Positions 27,566-39,500 of a DNA stretch of 64,000 nt are shown one piece after another. Origin of the DNA: Tubulanus polymorphus. Its lineage: Eukaryota; Animalia; Nemertea. Below the pieces are notes generated by a model. That model saw nothing but the letters and a program-made list of their open reading frames with translations, searched no databases and had not been told where the DNA came from. The position numbers were made by a program, and so were the translations under genes. Within the stretch, counting starts at the first letter, position 1, and every line of letters starts with the position of its first letter. The DNA is taken from the NCBI RefSeq assembly GCF_964204645.1, contig NC_134026.1:9881950-9945949 (forward strand). Reading direction: 5' to 3'.

Positions 27566-30500
27566 ATGTCTGCTGCTGAAATAAGAAAACGAGTTGTTAC
27601 ACTGATTGTTCTGTCCTCCATTTTGCCTGGATCATTATCGTTACTGTTTTTGCAAGTAAAACCAGAAGCTCTCGGTAAGAATCGTCTAGGGCCTACTAGT
27701 TAGTTAACTACTAATCCGAATCGTTAGATTTTATTAGATTATAAAAGCTTACCAGGTAAGCTTTTATAATCTAATGGGCTTATATCAAAGCTACTGTAAG
27801 GATTAGGGTTTCGATAGAGTTAGGGTCTAGATAGTCTAGTACCTAGGCGTGGTTCCACTAAAAACGTCTAGGGCGAAAGTGCTCACATAAGGTTAATTTT
27901 CGTCCCTCATTTTGAGGGACGAGGCTTTGAGCGTCTATTTCACCCCTTAAAACACAATCAACTTACCTTAAACTGACTGTTCTGTAATCAGACGGAAGTT
28001 TAACTATTGTTTGGGCATAAATTTATAATCCTAAATAGCTTTTGAAGATCGTAGTAACTCAAAACTTTTGACTAGTCGCCTGAAAAAAATAGTTGAAGTG
28101 AAGCAACATAACAAATATGGCAGCTTTTCGTGTTGCATGATGGGAGGGTAAATTACGGATTCGGACTTAAACTTGCACTGACATTGATGCCAATGCAGAT
28201 ATTCTTGTTTCTTAAGGTGAAATTCACCAAAATTAATGCGTTTTATCAACAAGTAATCACATTTAGAGTAAGGCCTTAGTTTAGAAGGACACATTGAAGT
28301 TTCACATTTTATTAATTTAGTCCGTATTGGAAATCCCGATTGTGGCAATAAATTCAATTCAAATCAAATCAATAAATTCTCCGGTTCCCGATTTAAATCA
28401 TCAAAAACATTATTATAAAAGAAGTTTTCAAAGTCAACAAGGTAACTAATTAATTAATTTAAGTACAAAGGTTTGATTTGACATTAAAATCAGTTGTTGC
28501 ATTGCAAAAAACATGGGTTAACCTCTATATGGCACTTTTGTATGCACACCATGAACATTGCCAATGTAGCAACTTGAGAGTTTCAAAAATGACTCAAAGC
28601 ATTCGAGTCAAAAAGTCAATACCTCTAAAACACATACCGGTATTTAGTTAGTGAGTTTTGATACCACTTTCAGACTTAAGTCACTACTAGGTCCAATGAC
28701 AGAATTCTCTGAAATTTGACTTAAGAGTTAGTATAGCATTGAAATGATTTCATTTCAACTTTAGAGTTATACCTAACCACCAACTGTGGAAGATACAAAT
28801 AAGAATTACCTACGATTTGTATCATATATTTCAGTATTGTCAGTTGAAAATGAGCGCTATCACGGCGGATCATCGTATGTGCGTGAAAATTCGAATCTGA
28901 GATTGACGTGTAATTTGACGAGTAAATACCACGGTTCATCGACTTCGCAAGATCTCATCTTGCTACACAACGATAACAATTTAACGGATAAATTGATACA
29001 CGTTGACAACAACAGTGTACTGTATGAGAAAGCCAACGTGACGTCGCGTGATGCTGGATTTTATTTTTGTAAAATCAGCAACGAACGTACCGTTCAACCA
29101 ATCACGCGGGATATTCGAATTGATGGTGAGTACTTGTTTATTAGGCCTATATTTTGCTCGGATCTTGGTTTCTCAAGACTAACCCTATTCGATTATTCAG
29201 TTAATGTCACAGTGGGATGGTCTTTGAAGTGTTGGCCGCTCACTGTAAGCAGCCAGTGGGACTCGAATCCACTTGTCACTCAGCACTGATAGTGAATGCA
29301 GAGCATTCTCCTTATCCACTGAGCTACCGAGGCTGCTTACGAAATATTGTCTTGTCATCGAACTCTAGGGATTTTGCCGTGAAACATTTGTGCAATAATT
29401 TTCATTTGATGCGAACCAATTTCATAATATTTCTGATTGTTGGGCATTTCAAACCACTTTCCAAGTTGGTTTGGTATCCCTGGACCCCTAGTTTCATATC
29501 GTATTATTAATACCTAGGTATATTTAGCTAGCACAATCTATTGCAAAAATGTAGCTCATGACATGTGGTATGATTGTGTTAGTTTAAAGGCTATTGACCA
29601 TTGTAATAGTCACCAGGGGCATTAAATAGCCGAATACCTTAGTATTTTCATAATGTATTCGTCCATAGGCATATTTTGTAACCGCAATCAATGCAAAATT
29701 GCAGCTTGTGATATGTTCTTTGATTGTGGTGAGTTTTCAAGGTAGGCCTAGTTGTTTCTTAATTTGTTCATCCGGGGGTGTTGGATGTTGACATTTTTAG
29801 CTCGACCAGAGGTCAGTGGAACTGATAAGTTAGGGGGATTATCTGTTGTCATCTGTCGGTCCGTCTGTCTGACCATCAACTTTTGCTTCAATTTGCTGTT
29901 ACGCATGGTGAACGGAAAAAATGGCCAAGATGTACGTACGGGGGTGGGGTACTATTTGAACGCTCCCTCATGGCTCTATGTGTATACAACAAACCAATTG
30001 TATGCAAATTATCCTTGACTAAGGGTACGCGGTAATAATGCCAGAGGCAAAAATGCCATAGGTAATAATGCCAGAAGTAAAAATGCCAGAGGTAAAAATG
30101 CAAGGGGTGTAAAAATGCCAGAGGAAATAATGCCAGAAGGAAGGGTAAATTGATTCAATGATTATAAGAAACAAGCGTATCAAAACTTAAAAACTATTCG
30201 TCGAATTTTTGCTTTGATGTTATGAATTAGAGCATACTAACTCCAAAACTTTTTGGTTTTAATCACCATATCTATTTTTATACCTAGAAATATGCTTTAT
30301 CTAAACTGTGCATTCAATATGTAAACTCAGTGCATTCATTTGTTAATATTCATTAATTTAGAAATGTGTTACATATCACGATTATGTTCCCTTTTTTATT
30401 ACAATTATATAAGAATATGTGTTAATTTTCCAATTTCCAATGATCTCAAAATAAAGATATCAATAATTTCAATGATTTTATTGCAATTATATTAGACTTT

Positions 30501-33500
30501 ATTTTATAGGTTTGTGGTTCTCTTTATTTTTCAAATCAATTTTTCATTCCTTTTTTAGCCCACTTGGGACTTTAGTCCCAGCGGGCTATTGCGTTCACTT
30601 TTCGTCCGTCGTCCGTCCGTCCGTAGATGGAATCCAGTTATTTTGGGAAGTTTTGAAGACGCTTCAATGTAATGTCTTGGTATTTGGGTTACACATGTAT
30701 CTACTCTAGACACATCTTCAGCCCAAAAACTGGCCCTGTCAGAATCGAGATGGCCGACTGGCAGCCATTGTTGTTCGCCAAAATCAACACTTTTTACACA
30801 TTTTTGAACTTTTTGAGGGAAATTTTGAAGACGCTTTGATCAATTACCTTGATCTTTCGGATGTATGTGAATCCCCCCAGGGCCCATCAGCATAACAAAA
30901 ATTGGGTCGATTGGACTCAAGATGACCGTCCTATGACCTTTTTAGTGCCCAGAAATGTCAATTATGGCCCGAATTCTGAGTCCTGTAGCTCCCTACTGGT
31001 TTGCCATTTTTCATTGCAATTTGTGATGGGTATTCTTTGAAAAGGGAAATTTTATAACTGAGACAGGTATTTTTGATCAGCCAATTATGACGCAATTGGC
31101 GGCCATCTTGTTGTCATCAGTACTCATTCGTAGGTGGGAAAAAGTTTTTCCACATTATATTGATACCTAAGCGTATTTTGTTACCACAATCAATTAGAAA
31201 CTTGTAGCTCACAACGTGTTCTATGATTGTAGTGAGTTTCAAGGTCATTGGTTTTTGTATATGGCCACCAGGGGGCGATGAATAATACAATATCATAGTA
31301 TTTCTATATTATATTCGTATCATTGCATATTTTGTAACCACAATCAATTGCAAAGTTGTAGCTCATGACATCATCTATGATTGTGGCAAGTTTTAAGGCC
31401 ATTAGTTATTCTATATGGTCACCAGGGGGCGTTGAATAGTAGAATAACTTAGTATTTCCTAATTATATTGGTACCTAGGCATATTTTGTTACCATGATCA
31501 ATTACAAAGTTATGGTTCGTGACATGTTCTATGATTGTGGTGAGTTTCAAGGTCATTGGGTTTTGAATATGGTCACCAGAAGGTGTTGAATAGTAGAATA
31601 ACTTAGTATTTCCATATTAAATTGGTCACGAGGCATATTTTGTTATCACAATCAATTACAAAATCGTAGCTGCTGACAAGTTCTATGATTGTGGTGAGTT
31701 TCAATGTCATTGGTTTTTGTATATGGTCACCAGGGGGCGTTGAATATTGAAATTGTTAGATTTTTGAGCATTTGGAACCACTTCCCAAGTGGCCATGGTG
31801 TCCCTGGACCCCTAGTTTTAGTTTTTATTATCATAGGAATATGTTCTAAACGAATGTAGGAAAAAATTGCCAAGGAAAAAATGGCTAGGAAAAAATGGCC
31901 AAGGAAAGAATGGCCAAGGTATTTGCCTAGGAAAAAATGGCCACGGAAAAAAGGCCAAGGAAAATTTATGAGAACTACTGACAATGTTGATAAACATTAA
32001 GCTTTCAATTTAATGACATCATTTATTTTTCATGGGACTAAAAACAATTAAAATCAGTATAATGAGTTCAGAAATGTGATGAACTTACATTTAATTTCAT
32101 TATATATAATGAATATATCAAGAACTATCATGAAAGAACTATCATGCAAGTGGGCAATGGATAAACTTAATAGTGATAAACTTAAACTTAATAGATTAAC
32201 TAAATCAATATTTCAAAACATCTAAGTAAGCTATTAGGACACAGACTGTCTTAAATCATCAAAGGTAAATGCATTGAAATTGTGTGGTAATTTATATAGC
32301 AAACTGGTGTAGTGTCTGATAACGTCGAAGTGAGATATGCTCATCATAAATTAACCTCAGAAATCTAATAATCTCAAAAAGTGACATGTCAAAACATCAA
32401 TGCATTTGATTTCTTCTTAGTCAATGAAATGATGGTTAGTTTTCTATTTTATCTTCCTTGGCCATTTTTTCCTAGCCATTTTGTCCTTGGCCATTTTTAC
32501 CTTGCCCATTTTTTCCGTTCACCGTTCTAAACTGTGCATTCATTACGTAAAATCTAGTGAAAATAAGAATTTTCAGGTCCAATGTTAATAAAATCTTCAC
32601 TTAATTTTCCTCATATATCCTTCTGGCATTTTTTCCTCTGGCATTTTTACTTCTGGCATTATTACCTATGGCATTTTTACCTCAGTGGCATTATTACCTG
32701 GATTCTTGGCTAAGATATAGAATGTCTTCATTTGATTCTGTTCTACGAGCATTCGGTTGCTCGTAGGTCTGTGATACTTGGATGCCCTGCTCACTGTTAT
32801 AGTACAGATAGTACAGAAAACTTCAAAGATGTTTGATAGTGATAATGGTGGGACTACATGAAGTAGCCATAGGGAAACAGAAAGACGATGTATTATTTCA
32901 TAATATTCGGACAAATGCTGATGTTCACACCAACACTTTGTGTTGATAAACTCTCAGAAAACTGGTCAAAAATAATTGTTTCTCATCTCCGGTCATAGCA
33001 CACAGGAGACCCCTGTGGTAGCGACCAATCGCTAAAGCCTGGTGCAGATTGGTGTCTTTTTCAAGCGATTCTTGAGTGCAGCATATGGCAGGCGAAAACC
33101 AACAAAATATATATACAATGAAAAATGATAAAATGATGATGTAATGATGATAAAAAGATAGTGAAAAGCTGGTGATAACATAGTGAAAAGATCGTGATTA
33201 GACTGAAGATTATTCAACAATGATGTAGTGATAAAAGATAGATAAATGAACAGATCGAATGGTGAATAAATAGGTGATATGATGGAAAGATAAAATGATG
33301 GATGAAATGTAGGCCTAAATGGGTTATTATGCAAAGGCTGAAGCAATTTTTGTTGTCAAATATAGCCCAATAGGTGATAGAGACAATTATTCTTATCATA
33401 GAACTTTCATGTGTTGTGATGTATTTGAAACCAGGATGTTTTACTTAATCAACAACACTGGCCTGCATCAAAGTTCATATCAAAATATAGCTGCAAAGCA

Positions 33501-36500
33501 GCGATAATGGGTTTTCTGCACAGTCTTAGAATCCTGTTCAACGGTGGATTTCGACAAAGCATTTGATAAGGCACAACATCAACTAACATTACTAACTAAA
33601 CAGGCTATTAGGAAACAGTATCAATGATAGGTCGCCCAAATGGCTCAGCAGTTATCTCTGAACGAAAACTTGTAGCCGAAATCAACGGAACGCCACATTT
33701 TGGAATAAGTCGGTCTAACTAGTGGAGTCACGCAAGGTAGTATCCTAAGTCGTCTTCTGTTTAATATCCTGACAAATGACATACACAGTAACCCAAAATA
33801 TACCAGACCGAGTAAATTTCCAAAACGAACTTAACACGCTGTTCGACAAAAAAACTTAATGTTCCTACAAGAAAATCGAGTTCGAGTGAAAACAATTCAG
33901 TTTGGTTGAACAATACGCTTTTTTTTAACCAAAACTTTCTTCATTCCGACAAAAAAATGTGTTCGAATGAAAAGCTATGTTATTGTTGAAATGAAAATCT
34001 TTTTGTCCCGGCAAAAAAATTTGGTTGAGCGAAAACAATTTTTTCGAACGAATGTTTGAATGAAAACAATTCTGTTCGATTGAACAAAATACTTAATACT
34101 TTTGGTTCGGAGAAAAAACTTTTTACAATATACTTGTTCGAACGAAAAACATAATGTTCTGACAAGAAAATTCTATTCAAATTAAAACGATTCTGTTCGA
34201 TCGAACAATTGTTCGAACGAAAAACCTTTCGTTTGGAAAAAAAAAAAGTTTTTTCAACTTTGTTCTAACGATTTTTCAAATTGGTTCAATTGAAAAGAAT
34301 ATTATTGGTTGGAACGAAATAAATTTTGTTCCGACGAAAGAATTTTCAAGCGAAATACTTAATACTTTTGATCACTGATTCTGTAGGTGTTTTTTGTTCA
34401 TGAAAAATGGACCATAATAAGGGATTTGACCAAAAAAATTCTGCTCAAGTGCCGAGACATGGAAACCTAGAAAATCGAGAGAGTACCGGTATTGATGTAC
34501 AATAATCTAACATTAGTTTACTATTCATCAATAAATGGTCAAGGGCAGATCAAGAATGAATTTCCCTCGTTCATGTTATTTTCTGATAACAATAGAGTGT
34601 CTGAATACACAATCTATGATATCCCCAGTGCAACATTATTTTGTCTCAAAAAGAAATTGTCAGGCTAACCTTTAGAGAAATGAACTGAAACAGTCGACAA
34701 AAAAGGAAAGGTTGGTTCGATTTCCCTTGACTTTGAATAGGCATTTGACAGGGTGCCTCACCAACGTTTGAACGTAAGAAAATATGCAGCATAGGTATTC
34801 AAGGTAAAATTCTAGTTTGGATATCAGATATGACAGCAAGCTGGGAAGGCTATGACTGCTCTGTCTGATGAATATTAAGTGGGGTTCAAGGCTCTGCATT
34901 ATTTCTAAACATTATCAATGACATCTCTGAGAGATTCAAAGCTCCTACCAGCTTGAAACTTTTGTGGATGACCGTAAACTATATGTGGGGATAAAAAGTA
35001 TAGATGACCGTTATAGCATTCCAATCAGACTTAAACAGACTCAATGAATGGTCAAAAAATATGGCAATTATCCTTCAACCCAACTAAGAAATTTTCTATA
35101 ATTCCTGTCATTTTGAATACTTATGAGGCAGCTGTCAGAAAATGTGTTATCGCTGCTTTGCAGCTATATTGAAATTTGTTATTCTGCTCTATGTTTTGTA
35201 GGTAAACTAGTGTTACAGAATCTCGACTGTGAAGTAAAAAACTATGATTCCATGCAGTGTTTCATCAACACTAGCACAACAACAACCAATTGCACATTGA
35301 GTTATAATTGGAGGTAAGTTTTTAGCCCACTTGGGACTTGAGTCCCAGCGGCTATTGCGTTCACTTTTCGGCCGTCGTCCGTCCGTCCATCCGTAGACGG
35401 AATCCAGTTATTTTGGGAAGTTTTGAAGACGCTTCAATGTAATGTCTTGATATTTGGGTTACACATGTATCTACCCAAGACACATCTTCACCCAAAAACT
35501 GGCCCTGTCAGATTCAAGATGGCGGACTGGCAGCCATTGTTGTTCACCAAAACCAGCACTCTTTACACATTTTTGAACTTTTTGAGGGAAATTTTGAAAA
35601 TGCTTTGATCAATTACCTTGATCTTTCGTATGTATTTGAATCCCCCAAGGGCCCATCAGCATAATTTAAAAAATGGGTCGATCGAACTCAAGATGGCCGT
35701 CCTATGACCTTTTTAGTGCCCAAAAAAGTCAATTTTGGCCCGTAGCTTCTACTGGTTCTCATTCGAAGGTGGGAAAAAGTTTGTCCACATTATATCGAAA
35801 CCTAAGCATATTTTGTTACCACAATCAATTAGAAAGTTGTAGCTCATAACGTGTTCTATGATTTTTTTGAGTTTCAAGGTCATTGGTTTTCGAAAATGGC
35901 CACCAGGGGGCGTTGAATGATACAATAACTTATATATTATATTATATTTGTAGCTATGCATATTTTGTAACCACAATCAATAGCAAAGTGGTATCTCATA
36001 ACGTGTTCTATGATTGTGGTGAGTTTTAAGGACATAGTTATTCTATATGGTCACCAGGGGGGCGTTGAATAGTAAGATAACTTCAATTGATCAATTGCAA
36101 ATTTGTAGTTCATGACATGTTCTACAATTGTGGTGAGTTTCAAGGTCATTGGGTTATGCATATGGTGCAGGGGGCGTTGGATAATAGAATAACTTAGTAT
36201 TTCCATATTTAGTTGGTAACGAGGCATATTTTGTTATCACAATCAATTACAAAATTGTAGTTGCTCACATGTTCTACAATTGTGGTGAGTTTCAAGGCCA
36301 TTGGTTTTTGTATATAGTCACCAGGGGCGTTGAATATTGAAATTGATAGATTGTTGAGCATTTGAAACCACTTCCCAAGTGGGCATGGTGTCCCTGGACC
36401 CCTAGTTAGTTTACATGTATTCGCCAATCTGAATTCATGGGATTTCATGTCACATTTTGAAGGCTAGCTTATGGATGTTTGACGCAACTGAGATGTTAGT

Positions 36501-39500
36501 AAAGCTGGCGGAAAACGAACATTTTCCCAGAAAATAATTGTTTGTCAATCTGAATTCGCTATTCTGCTCTTAAGTGAAAGCGAAAATAAGCTTCATAGAG
36601 TGGAATCTTCTGGCGATTCCACTGGATTTTCATGCGTAAGCTCATGTAAAACTTCTTTACCTTATTTATTTTCTAGCCCAAAATTGTTTCAATGGACAGA
36701 ATGTCCATTGAATAAAAACTGGTGTTTGTTGGACAGTGTTTACACACAAACTGGTGTCTACCATTTCAAAGTGAAATGCGGCAATTTGTTTGAAACTGTC
36801 AGTGAGAACTACAGCTACAATCCGTCTGATATCGGTAGGTAAAATCTCTATGTTTAAATGAATTGGGTTTTTGGTTATTTGAAGGCACATGATTTTTAGG
36901 CATATTCGTAGAAGATGAAAATTGTCCTTTGATCTCGTGAGAGGCAAATGCCACATTGCTAGTCAAACTAAGAGTCTTTGGAAGTCATGACCAAGTTGGT
37001 GGTCGGTTAAATTGTCTTCAAAATAATACCATAATAGCTTGTTTTAGCTTTCAAAATGACGGTTACCAGTTGACGATAGATGAGAGTAAATGGAATAGAT
37101 GTGGGTCCGGAAGTTGTGACCTAAGATGATTATAATATTTCCAGAAAAATTGTCACCTTTTTTCTTTGTGCTTTTAGGATTTGCGACCCCCCTTTTCTCA
37201 ACGATGAACTCACCCAGATCAGGAATATTCTAAATAAGTTAGCTTATCCTAATGACCATTTGAATAAAGCTCTTTTTCGAGCCCGTCGCACCCATTTTTG
37301 TAATTCTCGAGTTTCGCGCCCTCAGAAACAGCCCATCGTCATACCTTTTGTTCCTTTCTTTGGAAAATCAAAAACCCTCGTCATCTTAACAAACAGCTCG
37401 TTTTCACTTACAATAACAAACTTAGTCATAACTTAACTCACAATTCCTGCAAAACGGAACCTTTGAACATTGGTGTATACAAAATCCCTTATAAAGTCTG
37501 TAATAAAATATATATTGGTGAAACTGGGTGTGATTTGAACAAGCGCCTCAGAGAACATAGAAATGACGTCAAAAACTTCAAACCCGAGAGTGGAGTAGCT
37601 AATCACGTTTATGAAACTAGTCACAATTTTGATTTTGATAATGCCGCTATAATCGTTCCCTGTCCCGATAAAACCAAACGTCACATTATGGAATCTGCCC
37701 TTATTATTGAAAATATGGATAAATGTTTTAATTTGAATAACGGTTTTTCTCACATTTTTGATCTCTATTGATCTCTAAATTTCTCGCTTCACTTGTACCC
37801 CCATTATTCTAATCCCGTTCGCTTGTTTTCCTCCGTTTGACACTTCCACTCACTCACTCCCTCCCTCACTCATTACTTGATTATCCCTTTGATGTTCTTG
37901 CCTTTTGTTTTTGTCTGATTACCCCTTAGTTTGTCTGCCTTTGACCCCTCTGGGCTTTGTTTTTAGATTACTTTAACCCCCTATAGTTTGTCGTTTGCCT
38001 TCTTTGTTTTCTTCCTTAGTGTTCCGGTTTTTTGGTTTACCTATGTTATGGCTGTTGGTTGGCAGTCTGCCTAGAGTATGTTAAATCGCGGCACAAAATT
38101 TAGTGGTAATACTTACGGGGTTGTCTTATATCGTGAAGCAAGTAGAATTGATGGGCGGAGGTCAGGCTGGTAAGCTTCGAACGGATGATGCAATATTTTT
38201 CGAGAAAAACGCGAAAAACATCGAAAATTCTTCGCTTTCTATAAGTTACTTGTGTTGACCTATATTTGAGTTTCCGACGTGAATACGGGAAATTCTCGTA
38301 ATTTCCGGGAATTTCGGCACCTCTGACGTAATTTCGGGAGACACAAAATGGCGAGCAATTCATTTTTTATTTGTGCCGAGCTTAGTTCGCTGTTAGTTTG
38401 TTCGGTTGTGAGGATTATAATAGAGTCGGCTATCTACTTTAGTATCTCGAACTTAGTAAGTGTGGCAATTTCTATAGCCCTAGCCCAGCTTTGTCTTGTC
38501 ATTGTCTTATTTTGATCGACTGACTTGTACAAAATACATTCTTTCTTTGAAAGAGTAATAGACGATGGCGTCATTCCGAGAGCCCGGCGTTTTTGGAGAG
38601 AGGCAGTCGACAAATGTTTGGCATCATTTTTGTTGAAATGAGAGTTAATTGGTTCCACACGTGTGCGCTTTTTCATTTGCTATTGCCGATGTTTTTGCGG
38701 TATATTGGCATTCTTCGCGTAACAGTGCGTACACACGTTTAAAATCTGCGCACTACGTAAATCAGCTGGTATGTAATCCATATATCTAACGTACGTACAT
38801 ACACACCGCAGTGCACGGCAAAGTGTATGTATACTCTGTTTTCACGTATTACCGCGCGTTGCACTACTGCACTCTCCTAGCGCGTATTATAAATACTGTC
38901 ATACGCTGTCTGTTCCTAATTTGGAAGTTTTTAATTGAAATAAGCTTTATTAGGAACGCTTTATTGTCGTGGATAATCATTTGAACTATTTCTGTGGCAA
39001 CTATAAATAACTGTGCCCCTCTTTTAACTTCGTTAGATACTTCGTCGATGGATACTTACATTAATATTTTAAGGTAACCTTAAAATATTATATAACTTAG
39101 TGAGAATAAAATGAGAATTTTGGAACTGTTTAATTGGCTTCATGGATTTTTATGCTAAATACAAAGAATTGCTAAATCACAGCCAATATCAAATTTTGTG
39201 TCATGCTTCCCAGAGCCCTTATAGTTTTCTGGACATATCTAAACCAAAACTAGCAGCCACGACGCAAGTGGAAATCAAAATGAATACATGTATAATTGTA
39301 CGTTCTTCTAGATAGTAGAAAGGTAAACCACTTTGCCTATGGCAAATTATTATTTAATTACTTTAATCTAATCCTTTAATCTCTATCATTTGTCATATTC
39401 TTGTATAAATATCCTGTTATTTTATTTTGTTCTCAGTACGCCTGATGATGGCTAACAGTTGTTAGCCGAAAGACGCTCCTCAAATATAATCATTCTGATA

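Larger units (their letters stand above)
30024..32705. mobile_element. Mutator-like non-autonomous element (family A) carrying two nested insertions
   Basis: 9-bp TSD TTGACTAAG/TTGGCTAAG (1 mismatch). Termini GGTACGCGG...CCTGGATTC with ~15-bp GGTAA(T/A)AATGCCAGA subterminal arrays inverted at the two ends. Confidence 0.85.

Noticed and set aside
33115-33310. GAT/AAT-rich tract with minus-strand hydrophobic ORFs
   Set aside because: Decayed microsatellite; the ORFs are compositional artefacts.
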